64,000 bases of DNA from a bacterium. Its GTDB lineage: Bacteria; CAYTYR01; UBA6262. Location of the stretch: the NCBI GenBank assembly GCA_028712365.1, contig JAQTQE010000003.1, positions 20,173-84,172 on the forward strand, in the 5' to 3' direction. The notes beneath the pieces were generated by a model. That model saw nothing but the letters and a program-made list of their open reading frames with translations. It was not told the origin of the DNA and did no database searches. Positions 38,087 through 47,142 of this stretch are shown here, in pieces. Each line of letters starts with the position of its first letter. Position 1 is the first letter of the stretch. The position numbers and the translations under genes are program-made.

Positions 38087-39577
38087 CTAAAACTTAAAAG
38101 CGATCTTCCCCAGCATCATGGGATTATAATAAGTCAAACTAAAAAACCGCCAGGCGGTACTAGCTATCGATCCCACCCATTCACCATTTGCTCCACGAGG
38201 TATTTCCCATTCATATTGATACGTTATGAGCCGTTCTTTATCACCCGGCTTAGCTGAGGTATAAGGCAAGGCCTTTCGCGGGAGATTGACTAATTCAGCT
38301 ATTTTATCCAATTCCTTGGAAATTTTGATAGCTTTCTTTTTGTATTCATCAGCTTTGTTTTTCTTGCCTATACTGGCGCTATATTTAGCCATGATCTTAT
38401 AGGCTAGGACCATTTGCGCGGTTCCTTCTATCCAAATGAACCTTTTACGAGGATTGCCGATCTCCTGCGGAATAGTAAAATCAAATCCTTCTACCAGTTT
38501 TTCTTCGATTGCGTCCTTGACTAATAAATATTTTTCCGCAAAATCCACAAGGCGGAATGGGTCAATGCCCCATTGGGCTAGGCGCGCCGGACCAATAACC
38601 GACAAACTGTTAGAAATCGTATCCAAGGCTTTAGTCGGATCAACTCCAGCCTCATTATAACCGGCATTAAATCCACCGCTATCTTTATTATAGGCTACTT
38701 CCCTAAACCAACGTTCCAATCCAGCCAGTTCCCGGGAAATTATTTTATCCGTAAGTCCCCGTTCCACAAATTCTTGTTTGACTTGCTCTGAACATTGTTT
38801 GCAAATATTTTGTAAGATCAGCAATATGGAATAATAATCAATGCAATTTTCAGTGGAATAAACCTTACTCCAGTCCGGTCCCCAGCCAGAACCCATGGCT
38901 ACCGCGCCTTTTTGGCCATCCGCAAAAGTAAAATGCGGTAAGATGGAAACCCATTTAGCCATGTCTATCACCCAGGTCAAGTAGCTGCCATCTCCCGTAA
39001 TCCTGATATACTGGATCGCGGCCAAAGCTACCCACATATTCGGGCCTACGTGTATCCGGTCCCCGTCAATACCGATCACCAGAGTATTATCTTCGGCTAT
39101 CTGGTCGCTTAAATATGAAGTATAAAGTCCCGGGGCGCCGTTCTTGGTCCAATAAAAATCTTTTTGCAGATTATCCAGGATCATTTTAGCTTTTTCTCGT
39201 TGACCGCAGGCAATATAGATCATCGCCGCGGTAGCAAGATCATAAGTAAAGGCCTGGCGTGCCAGATGTGGTTCATGTCCCAGTTCATAGGTGCCTTTTT
39301 CAGAGATCAAATAATATAAACTGGAATCACTATAGCTTTCCACTAGCCCGGTTACTGGAGACCTCTGGTCATCTAAAAAGAGTAAGGTATCATGTCTTAT
39401 ATCACTGTATTTTTCTTTTAGATCAGAATCCATATATTCTTCATCTGGTTGCGCATATATAGCTTCCTGGGCCTGGATCGGGCCGGTCAGCAACAGAGAA
39501 AACACAATAAGAATTTCTACTAGTAATCTTACCTGTACGAAATCTGTGTAATCTTTTTTTAGAATCCGGGTAATCAT
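38087..39577 (-). CDS. Exported hypothetical protein (possible (α/α)6 glycosidase-like fold)
   Basis: Signal/anchor sequence; no firm family assignment from sequence alone. Confidence 0.35.
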   Translation of the reverse strand: MITRILKKDYTDFVQVRLLVEILIVFSLLLTGPIQAQEAIYAQPDEEYMDSDLKEKYSDIRHDTLLFLDDQRSPVTGLVESYSDSSLYYLISEKGTYELGHEPHLARQAFTYDLATAAMIYIACGQREKAKMILDNLQKDFYWTKNGAPGLYTSYLSDQIAEDNTLVIGIDGDRIHVGPNMWVALAAIQYIRITGDGSYLTWVIDMAKWVSILPHFTFADGQKGAVAMGSGWGPDWSKVYSTENCIDYYSILLILQNICKQCSEQVKQEFVERGLTDKIISRELAGLERWFREVAYNKDSGGFNAGYNEAGVDPTKALDTISNSLSVIGPARLAQWGIDPFRLVDFAEKYLLVKDAIEEKLVEGFDFTIPQEIGNPRKRFIWIEGTAQMVLAYKIMAKYSASIGKKNKADEYKKKAIKISKELDKIAELVNLPRKALPYTSAKPGDKERLITYQYEWEIPRGANGEWVGSIASTAWRFFSLTYYNPMMLGKIAFKF

Positions 39578-40177
39578 TTAAAGCTCTTTTCTTCCTTCTA
39601 AGGCTTTGCTTAAGGTCATTTCATCGGCATATTCCAAGCTGGATCCTATCGGCAGGCCATAGGCAATACGCATAACTTTCACACCCAAAGGCTTGATCAA
39701 ACGGGACAAGTAAAGAGCTGTGGCCTCACCTTCTACATTGGGGTTGGTGGCAATGATCACTTCTTGCACATTATCTTTCTCAATGCGGACAAGCAGGTCT
39801 TTTATTTTCAAGTCCTCCGGGCCAATACCGCCGAGAGGAGAAAGAGCACCTAATAGTACATGATATACGCCTTTATGTCCCCTGGTTTTTTCCAGAGCAA
39901 TGACATCAAATGGTTCTTCCACAACACAGATCTGGGTGTGATCCCGTTCAAGATTTTGGCAAATCGCGCAAGGATCCATATCAGTGACATTGTTGCAGAT
40001 AGAACAATACCGGATATTTTCTTTGGCTAATTTAATCGCCTCAGCCAGATCCACTACTTCTTCTTTGTTGGTTTTGAGGATATAATAAGCTAGCCGTTCG
40101 GCAGTCTTGGGCCCGATACCAGGCAGCCGATGCAAAGCTTCAACTAATTTTTGGAGACTTTGAATCTGGTAAACCAT
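39578..40177 (-). CDS. recR: Recombination protein RecR
   Basis: HhH motif RLPGIGPKTAERLAYY, C4 zinc finger and Toprim domain. Confidence 0.9.
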   Translation of the reverse strand: MVYQIQSLQKLVEALHRLPGIGPKTAERLAYYILKTNKEEVVDLAEAIKLAKENIRYCSICNNVTDMDPCAICQNLERDHTQICVVEEPFDVIALEKTRGHKGVYHVLLGALSPLGGIGPEDLKIKDLLVRIEKDNVQEVIIATNPNVEGEATALYLSRLIKPLGVKVMRIAYGLPIGSSLEYADEMTLSKALEGRKEL

Positions 40178-40195
40178 ATATCCTCTTAGACTACC

Positions 40196-40466
40196 TAGGG
40201 TAGTGAGACTAATATTTCTTTACATTTGCAGGGACTATTTTTTCCTGATTCAAGGCGCGAGGAGTGAGGCGTAGTAGCACTACGTAAACGACGAGTAACA
40301 CCGAAGCAGGGGAAAAGAGCCCCGCCCGTAGGGAAGGATGTATTTGGCCGACTACTGTGTCGCTTCTCCTTGACGTATCTACAGATACGCCAGCGTCGTC
40401 GCTTCTTGTATTCGCCTCAAATCCATTCCTTCAAATGCAAAGAAATATTAGCCTCACTACCCTAAT
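40196..40466. mobile_element. MITE-like non-autonomous element (~267 bp) with ~27-33-bp terminal inverted repeats and a TA target duplication, inserted at the 3' end of ybaB
   Basis: Left TIR TAGGGTAGTGAGACTAATATTTCTTT(ACATTTGCA) and right TIR TGCAAAGAAATATTAGCCTCACTACCCTA. TA is present on both flanks, and the internal sequence is strongly self-complementary. Confidence 0.5.
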
Positions 40467-40759
40467 CCCGGAATGTTCAGTCCCCCGGATATTTTCTTCA
40501 TTTCACTGGCCATTAGATCTTGCGCCTTGGTAATAGCTTCGTTAAAAGCACGTAAAAACACTTTTTCCAATTTATCTGTAGTAGCTCCATTGAGCAGTTC
40601 TGGATTGATCTTTAAAGATTGCACTTCCTGTTTGCCGTTCATAATGATCTGCACGCCCTGACAGTCAATCTGAATAGTCTTGTTCTTCAGTTCTTCTTGC
40701 ACTTTCTTCATTTGGGATTGCATTTCTTTGGCTTGTTTGAGCAGCTTGAACATATCCAC
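40457..40759 (-). CDS. ybaB: Nucleoid-associated protein YbaB/EbfC
   Basis: …MKKVQEEL… coiled coil and a C-terminal GGLNIPGLG tail; classic dnaX-ybaB-recR synteny. The last codon and the stop lie inside the element's TIR. Confidence 0.85.
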   Translation of the reverse strand: MDMFKLLKQAKEMQSQMKKVQEELKNKTIQIDCQGVQIIMNGKQEVQSLKINPELLNGATTDKLEKVFLRAFNEAITKAQDLMASEMKKISGGLNIPGLG

Positions 40760-40764
40760 GCTAT

Positions 40765-42450
40765 TTATTCCCCTTTCCTTACATTATTATTAATTATCTC
40801 GCCTCCAAATATATCCAGTACCCGGCGTACAACCGGATCCCCTTCAACTTGAGCCGTAGCAGCTATAGGAGCCTGGGGACCAGCGTCATTCACTACGGGT
40901 TCCTCAACCTCTTCTTCCACGGTCACTCCTTCTTCACCAGTTAATTCTGCTGGAAGTATATCTATGTTACTGGTTAGGCTACTGATTTTGATCGGTTTTT
41001 GGAAAACTTGACGCGCTAACATTTCTATCACTTTAGCATTTTCTGCACGCTCTATGGTCTGTTTCTGAAATTTATCCTGAGAACTAAATTCCAAGGTCAG
41101 GGTCGTACCGATCAAATCTTTTACTTTAGCTTGTTCCATAGAAGCTGCCAGTCCGGGTTTCTTCTTACGTACCTCTTCAAGCACCATTTGCCACTGTTGC
41201 TTCAATGACGCGTTTTCAGGAGTAGTTTTATACCCGGGAGCCGGTTCAGTATTAACCAATGGGCTTTTTTTTACCGGCGGTTGTTTGCCAGCAGCATTGT
41301 TACCGCCATTGCTGTTTTCTATCGCTTCTAAGCGAGTGACTAATTCCTCTATGGAGATATAAGGACGTGCTATCCTTAATAACCCCATTTCCAGCACAAT
41401 CTTCGGCTGGTCAGTATATTTCATCTCCCGCTCCAGAGTTCCCAGCAAGTCAATATAATGCAATAAAGCTTCTTCTGGTCTTGGGGCAACCTGAGCTTTG
41501 AGATCATCGATCGCTTCCACTGGTAATTTTATCAGTTCTTGGGGTTGAGCGCTTATTTTAGCCATTATTAAATTACGAAAATGCCCGTGTAAATCTTTGG
41601 TCAGTTGGTACAGATCTAATCCTTGCTCTTGGGCTTCATTGATTAAAGCTAATATATCTTTACTTTCCTGCGCAAAAATAGCCCCGCTAAATCTAAGCAA
41701 CAATTCCTGGCTGGTAATCCCTAATATAGAACGGACTGTTTTCCCGTCTATTTGCTGGCCGGTTCCCACAAAAGATATTACCTGGTCAAGAGTACTCTGG
41801 GCATCGCGCATACTGCCTTGGGCAGCCTGGCTAATTATATCCAAGGCTTCATCAGAAACGATTATTTTTTCTTTGGCTGCCAGAGTTTTGAGATGTTTTT
41901 CTATGACTGTCGCAGAAATAAGTTTAAAATTAAACCGCTGGCAACGGGAGAGGATTGTTTCCGGGATCATTTGTGGCTCAGTCGTAGCGAAAATAAAAAT
42001 GACGTGGGAAGGAGGTTCTTCCAGGGTTTTTAGTAAGGCATTAAATCCTGCCTCAGTGACCTGGTGTACTTCGTCTATAATATATATTTTATACCGGGCC
42101 ACCGCCGGGGCAAATTTAACATTTTCACGTAAAGCGCGAATTTCATCAATGCCGCGATTAGAAGCGCCATCAATTTCCAGCACATCTAAAGCATTACCTT
42201 CGGTGATTTCTTTACATAACTGGCAGGTATTATCAGGTTCAACAGTAGGCCCCTTTTGACAGTTCAAGGCTTTAGCAAAGATCCTGGCAGCCGTGGTCTT
42301 GCCTACACCCCGCGGGCCTGAGAAGAGATAAGCATGTCCGATCTTGCCACTGGTAATAGCATTTTGTAAAGCCTGAGCTACTATTTCCTGCCCAATGATC
42401 TCATTGAACAACTGGGGCCTGTATTTTCTAGCTAATACTAAATAATTCAT
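40765..42450 (-). CDS. dnaX: DNA polymerase III subunit γ/τ
   Basis: AAA+ motifs (GPRGVGKTT, DEVH), sensor regions, and a CxxC-type zinc module (CQLCKEI). Confidence 0.9.
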   Translation of the reverse strand: MNYLVLARKYRPQLFNEIIGQEIVAQALQNAITSGKIGHAYLFSGPRGVGKTTAARIFAKALNCQKGPTVEPDNTCQLCKEITEGNALDVLEIDGASNRGIDEIRALRENVKFAPAVARYKIYIIDEVHQVTEAGFNALLKTLEEPPSHVIFIFATTEPQMIPETILSRCQRFNFKLISATVIEKHLKTLAAKEKIIVSDEALDIISQAAQGSMRDAQSTLDQVISFVGTGQQIDGKTVRSILGITSQELLLRFSGAIFAQESKDILALINEAQEQGLDLYQLTKDLHGHFRNLIMAKISAQPQELIKLPVEAIDDLKAQVAPRPEEALLHYIDLLGTLEREMKYTDQPKIVLEMGLLRIARPYISIEELVTRLEAIENSNGGNNAAGKQPPVKKSPLVNTEPAPGYKTTPENASLKQQWQMVLEEVRKKKPGLAASMEQAKVKDLIGTTLTLEFSSQDKFQKQTIERAENAKVIEMLARQVFQKPIKISSLTSNIDILPAELTGEEGVTVEEEVEEPVVNDAGPQAPIAATAQVEGDPVVRRVLDIFGGEIINNNVRKGE

Positions 42451-42453
42451 TTA

Positions 42454-43068
42454 TTATCCTATTATGTGGGTGATTTTATTCAGTAATTCGTATTCTAAAG
42501 GTGTCCGGGCGGAACTTTCCAGTATTCTTTTAATACTCGCCACACTGCCCGGAATAATAGTGGTTTTCGGTTTAGCAGATGACATTTGAGAGTTTATCGT
42601 GTTTATTTCCGATTGCAGCATAGACTTTTGCTCAACTGTCATATTAAGCTGGTCTAATGAAGAATTAAGTACCTGCAATAATTCGTCCAATTCCTTGTAG
42701 CGGCTTTCCCCAATTGTGATCCCCTGGGTTTTTTCATAACTCTCTTGTTGCATTTGCAGATCCATGGTTTGTTTGGCCATAGTATTGCCGCGGGCAGGGA
42801 AATGCGTTGTTGCCTTATCTGGCTCCATTAATGCTGCTTCTACTTCTTCAGCCCCGGCAGGAGTAATGTTAATCAGGTTCCCGGATGACTGATAAGCGAC
42901 CAATTTTTCATTTTCCAGGTAAAAAATAATATCCTGCATTAAAGTAGAACTAAAACCTAATTGCTCCTGTACTTTATTAAAATGAACAGGCTGTCCTTCT
43001 TCGCCTTCAGTCAGTTCATATAACCGGCGCATAAAATTAAATCTTTTTCTAGCTATTTCTTCAGACAT
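42454..43068 (-). CDS. Hypothetical protein (possible wHTH N-terminus), translationally coupled upstream of dnaX
   Basis: ORF only; 4-nt gap to dnaX. Confidence 0.35.
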   Translation of the reverse strand: MSEEIARKRFNFMRRLYELTEGEEGQPVHFNKVQEQLGFSSTLMQDIIFYLENEKLVAYQSSGNLINITPAGAEEVEAALMEPDKATTHFPARGNTMAKQTMDLQMQQESYEKTQGITIGESRYKELDELLQVLNSSLDQLNMTVEQKSMLQSEINTINSQMSSAKPKTTIIPGSVASIKRILESSARTPLEYELLNKITHIIG

Positions 43069-43119
43069 AATGTGTTTTCCTGTGTATTAAATAAGGGTCG
43101 GCGGAATTTACCCGCCAAT

Positions 43120-43387
43120 CGTTTGCAGCGGAAATCCCTCTTCGAAGAAAAGCTGGTGGAGGTGAAGGGATTTCTCCTCACCCGCCCCGCATCTCGCGGG
43201 CCTCCTTCGTCGCCGGCCGCCTTCGCTCGGACCAATGGCGCTCAGGTCGGCTTCAAATCCCTCTTCGAAGAAAAGCTGGTGGAGGTGAAGGGATTTCTCC
43301 TCACCCGCCCCGCATCTCGCGGGTCTCCTTCGTCGCCGGCCGCCTTCGCTCGGACCAATGGCGCTCAGGTCGGCTTCAAATCCCTCT

Positions 43388-43407
<20 letters not shown>
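43120..43407. repeat. GC-rich 123-bp tandem direct repeat (2 full copies + 42-bp partial) whose unit begins with the last ~21 nt of tRNA-Ala
   Basis: Copies at 43120-43242, 43243-43365 and 43366-43407, differing by one C/T substitution. Local GC is about 60% against about 42% for the window. Confidence 0.8.
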
Positions 43408-43469
<62 letters not shown>

Positions 43470-43925
43470 ACCCCCATCGCGGCAAAAACTAATTGCGCCG
43501 CTCTCCGTAGGGGGAACCTTAGGTTCCCCTCTCTCGGCGCTTAGTCGTCTTACTTTCGGAGTGATTGCAGAGTTTATCGCTCCCTGCGCTGTCACCCCCT
43601 CCTGATATTTTGCTATCAACCTTCTCAGTATATAATGTTAAAAAATATTATAGTTTCTGGCAACCTCAAGTCATCCTCTTCCAGTTAAAGAGCTCATCAC
43701 GCTTTCACAAGCTAACAAGGTAAATGCTTCTGTTACCCCTTGGGGTGTTTCTGAAAAATCTGGAACTCTTAGCAACTCTCGCGGTCACCCTCTTCCATTT
43801 AGTTTGCTTTTAGCTTTTCCGGGCCAAATGGATTATTTATTACAACCCTCACTGTCAACCCCTTCCGGGTTTAGTATAAAACGTTTTTCCTTTACACCTC
43901 TACACCTTATACCTTTATACCTGCT

Positions 43926-44285
43926 TTATTGTTCGGCGAGCCAGTCTTTGGCGGCTTGTTGCGTGTCAAATAATCTTATTTTATTTTTTTTATCCGCCAG
44001 GATCGTGTCATAGATCACTTTTAATATACCCGAAGCCCCGATCACTGCTTCAGCCTTAGCAAAAAGACGATTATGGGTAGCCAGCTCTTGCATCATGTCT
44101 TTGGTCTTTTTATCAAACATCATTTCGGTAACGTTAATCAGGGTTAAAACTGAGCCAGGGGTTTGGTGGGCAAGTATTTTTTTTGCGTCATCTATTACCG
44201 GTCGTACATCTCGCGAACGACAATCAGAAAAATTAATATATACGATCGTCTTACCTTTATGGTCTATGTAGGTTATTCTATCCAC
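43926..44285 (-). CDS. Hypothetical protein, paralog of 44296..44670 (possible STAS-like fold)
   Basis: The two adjacent ORFs share …IRLFD.QQAAKDWL.EQ C-termini and their overall pattern. Confidence 0.35.
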   Translation of the reverse strand: MDRITYIDHKGKTIVYINFSDCRSRDVRPVIDDAKKILAHQTPGSVLTLINVTEMMFDKKTKDMMQELATHNRLFAKAEAVIGASGILKVIYDTILADKKNKIRLFDTQQAAKDWLAEQ

Positions 44286-44295
44286 TTTAGAGTCT

Positions 44296-44670
44296 CTATC
44301 CTTTTTGTTCTGTCAGCCAGTCTTTGGCTGTTTCCTCGCTGTCAAATAAATGAATATCTCTATGGGCTAGAGCAGTTACAGTATCAAAAAGCACTTTAGT
44401 TTGGCTGCTTATACCAAACACGGCAGAAGCGAGAATAAATGGTTTGTTAAGATGGATATATTCTTTCAAAACTTTTACTGAGTCTTTATTGATCCGCAAA
44501 TTAGTTAGATTAGTAATTACCCGAAGGGAATTAGGAGGTTGTTGAATGATAATATCCCGCGCTTTTGTTATCTGGGCTACTAATTCTTCATATGAACATT
44601 CGGAAAAATCAAGCTGTAATATTTCCTTTTGTTTATGTCTGATAAACATTACCCTGGTAAAATTCGGCAC
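44296..44670 (-). CDS. Hypothetical protein, paralog of 43926..44285
   Basis: See above. Confidence 0.35.
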   Translation of the reverse strand: MPNFTRVMFIRHKQKEILQLDFSECSYEELVAQITKARDIIIQQPPNSLRVITNLTNLRINKDSVKVLKEYIHLNKPFILASAVFGISSQTKVLFDTVTALAHRDIHLFDSEETAKDWLTEQKG

Positions 44671-44757
44671 TTGATCCCATCCTGTCTTATTGAATTTGCT
44701 TAGCGGAGTTTATCCGCCAGTCCTGTAGGCGGAAATCCTATACTTACATTATTAAAA

Positions 44758-44848
44758 CGGAGAGGCTGGGATTCGAACCCAGGGTACAAGTTTTCACTCG
44801 TACAACCGCTTAGCAGGCGGCTGCCTTCAGCCACTCGGCCACCTCTCC
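44758..44848 (-). tRNA. tRNA-Ser(GCU), class II with a long variable arm
   Basis: GGAGAGG-UG-GCCG-AGUGGCUGAA-GGC…GCCGC-CUGCUAA-GCGGU-long arm-CUGGG-UUCGAAU-CCCAG-CCUCUCC-G. Confidence 0.8.
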
Positions 44849-44865
44849 ATTATGCTGGTTAAAAA

Positions 44866-45462
44866 TTAATTCCCTTTATTCATTTCACGAAAACGGATAT
44901 CAAACCATTTTTGGTCAGCTAATACTACTGAGGTTTGTGCTTGACGTTCTGGTATATTCCAATATTTTCTCAGGATCTCTTCTTTTTCATTTGAAGAAAC
45001 CATTTGGAATCCGCATTTCTCATAGAAGTACGTTGCCCATTTCGCATCTTCCCACGTGCCTATTAACATCGGCTTGTGAGCCAATTTTTTCAAAAACATC
45101 AGTAATTCTTTGCCTACGCCCTTATTCCGTTTCACAGTACGAACATAAGCATGCCTGATCAGGGCAACGTCTTGGATATTCTGGATACCCATAACGCCTA
45201 CCAGTTGCCCTTCTTCTTCATATCCCCAGAACTCTACTCCTGCTCCTATTTCGTGCAGTAATTCTTCTTTGGACATATAAGGTTCTTTCCATCGATCCTG
45301 GGGAATGACTCCTTTGTACGCTTGGGCAGAATCATTTATGATTTCAAAAATCACATCAATGTCTGACTTATCGCATTTTCTGATCATAGTCCCCTCGCAA
45401 TGGAGGATGAAAACGGACGCGGTTGCAACCAATTCGAACCGCCGGTGAAATAACCGCCACAA
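44866..45462 (-). CDS. GNAT-family N-acetyltransferase
   Basis: Acetyl-CoA binding motif RNKGVGKELLMFL. Confidence 0.75.
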   Translation of the reverse strand: MWRLFHRRFELVATASVFILHCEGTMIRKCDKSDIDVIFEIINDSAQAYKGVIPQDRWKEPYMSKEELLHEIGAGVEFWGYEEEGQLVGVMGIQNIQDVALIRHAYVRTVKRNKGVGKELLMFLKKLAHKPMLIGTWEDAKWATYFYEKCGFQMVSSNEKEEILRKYWNIPERQAQTSVVLADQKWFDIRFREMNKGN

Positions 45463-45620
45463 TCAGGGTCCAACCCACCCAAAGTATATATTTATATCAA
45501 AAACTCTCCCAAAAAGCAAGAGAACTCTTTCTATTGGGGATGTCCTATAACAAAATAGCCGAAACCCTAAAAGTTAGTAAAAATACTATTATCAAGGCTT
45601 GCAAAGCCAAAAGGAGCTAA
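45423..45620 (+). CDS. Small HTH protein (sigma-70 region-4 / resolvase-type HTH), possibly a remnant
   Basis: C-terminal ELFLLGMSYNKIAETLKVSKNTIIKA is a classic HTH. Confidence 0.3.
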   Translation: MQPIRTAGEITATIRVQPTQSIYLYQKLSQKARELFLLGMSYNKIAETLKVSKNTIIKACKAKRS

Positions 45621-45623
45621 ATT

Positions 45624-45827
45624 ATGTCTTGGCCATATATTATTTATAGCCTGCTATATTCAAAAGAAAAGCCTGTATGGGTCAAAATCCGCATCTTACA
45701 CGAAACCGATAAAGCTATCTTAGTCTACTGTGGCAGAAAACTCTGGATCCCAAAATCCCGGATATACGGAATAAGACTAAGGAACAGTACCTTTGAGATC
45801 TATGTTAAAGAAAGTACCATTGGGTAA
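45624..45827 (+). CDS. Small hypothetical protein
   Basis: ORF only. Confidence 0.25.
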   Translation: MSWPYIIYSLLYSKEKPVWVKIRILHETDKAILVYCGRKLWIPKSRIYGIRLRNSTFEIYVKESTIG

Positions 45828-45834
45828 TACCCAA

Positions 45835-46929
45835 TTATGCCTTATCCGTCTTCAATTCTATTATTAAATCTTCATGCCGTTTTACAAAGTCTTTTACAAG
45901 GTTTAAATGTCCTACTTTAAGTGCCAAAATACCTTTTATTCTTGATAATCTTTCTGCTGGTTTGAGAGAATTTATTTTATCGTCAAGTAAAGGCTTTAAC
46001 TCCGCCAAAAGACACGGTACTATTCTTTTTGCTGATTTATCAAAACGAATGGCGAACTGGTCTAGATAATCGGGGATCGCAGAAGTTAAAAGCTGTTTTA
46101 TTCCTTTTAAACTCTGCGCTGCTGAATTATTTGATAGTGAATTCACCTTTATAGGTAACACTGCTCTTACAGAGAGTAAGGCTTTATCTTTCTTATTAAG
46201 TACTTCTTCCTTAATCTCATCTATGCTTTGCTCAGTAAAGGGGCCATATGTTGTTCTGGCTAAGACACCTAATGCTTTAAACAAGGGGAAACAAGACCCA
46301 TGTATTTTAGATGCGACTATAATTGGTATGCAACGTTCCTTATTTGCTTTTTGATATACATCCCAAATCTGCCAAGAATCAGGATAAATCCATTCTACCG
46401 TATTATAAATCCTAATAAGAATATTCCCTGCATTATTTCTTGTTTTTAGTAAAAACTCAAGATGATTTTTATTCTTATTTATAAGAGATTCAATGATTAA
46501 ATAATTCGATTCTTTACATATTGATTCTATCTTTTGCTTAAGAAGCGTCGCTGTTTTTTGTGAGTATATTTGTTGATTTACAGATTTCACTATTTTAGAT
46601 TTTACTTGCAATGTTTCAGCATTTAAACCCCCAACATGTGAATGGAAATATTTATTTTTAAATTCAATCCCATTTTCCGCAAGCAATTCCTGCCCTATTT
46701 TCGAATTAATAAAAATGGTCACACTCAATGGATCAAAACGAAGATTCCCTGGCCCAACTTCACATAAACGGTATATAAGCTCATCATACCCAACTACACA
46801 TTCCCTATTTATAAGGTCTATTAGACGAATGGATAAGTATAAAGATACCTCTTCGGAAGACAATCTAAAAACACTTGATTGTTTCACTTTGTTTACAACA
46901 TTATTTGTATTTTGCTTTGTCATTTTCAT
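45835..46929 (-). CDS. Hypothetical protein (364 aa), AT-rich island gene preceded by iterons
   Basis: ORF; no recognisable motif. Confidence 0.4.
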   Translation of the reverse strand: MKMTKQNTNNVVNKVKQSSVFRLSSEEVSLYLSIRLIDLINRECVVGYDELIYRLCEVGPGNLRFDPLSVTIFINSKIGQELLAENGIEFKNKYFHSHVGGLNAETLQVKSKIVKSVNQQIYSQKTATLLKQKIESICKESNYLIIESLINKNKNHLEFLLKTRNNAGNILIRIYNTVEWIYPDSWQIWDVYQKANKERCIPIIVASKIHGSCFPLFKALGVLARTTYGPFTEQSIDEIKEEVLNKKDKALLSVRAVLPIKVNSLSNNSAAQSLKGIKQLLTSAIPDYLDQFAIRFDKSAKRIVPCLLAELKPLLDDKINSLKPAERLSRIKGILALKVGHLNLVKDFVKRHEDLIIELKTDKA

Positions 46930-47049
46930 ATTTTATGGCTCATAGGATTGTACAAGGTTATAATATTATAACCTTTACAATCCTATAACAAACATTCTAT
47001 TTAATTAGAGTATTTATAATATTATAAATACTCTTTTACCTTATTTGTA

Positions 47050-47141
47050 TTTCGGACACTATTTCGGACAATTTCATACTATTTCGGACATCTTCATTTC
47101 GGACACTATTTCGGACAAAACTAAAGCATTTTGGACATTCT
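47050..47141. repeat. Five direct copies of TTTCGGACA (plus one degenerate copy) at irregular 12-20-bp spacing: an iteron-like array upstream of the 364-aa gene
   Basis: Copies at 47050, 47062, 47082, 47097 and 47109; the degenerate copy is TTTTGGACA at 47130. Confidence 0.7.
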
Positions 47142-47142
47142 T

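Noticed and set aside
40196-40466. SRP (4.5S/scRNA) or 6S RNA between ybaB and recR
   Set aside because: The arms are ~30-bp near-perfect inverted repeats with TA flanks, which looks more like a transposon-derived MITE than an RNA helix tolerant of G·U pairs. No convincing SRP helix-8 motif was recognised. It is kept as the alternative in the finding.
41597-42259. 220-aa + strand ORF
   Set aside because: It is antisense within dnaX.
45423-45470. tRNA-like fragment (…AATTCGAACCGCCGG…)
   Set aside because: Only a TΨC-like word is present; no acceptor, D or anticodon arms can be built.
47050-47141. Possible CRISPR array
   Set aside because: The repeats are 9 bp with 3-11-bp gaps, far too short for a CRISPR repeat-spacer architecture.
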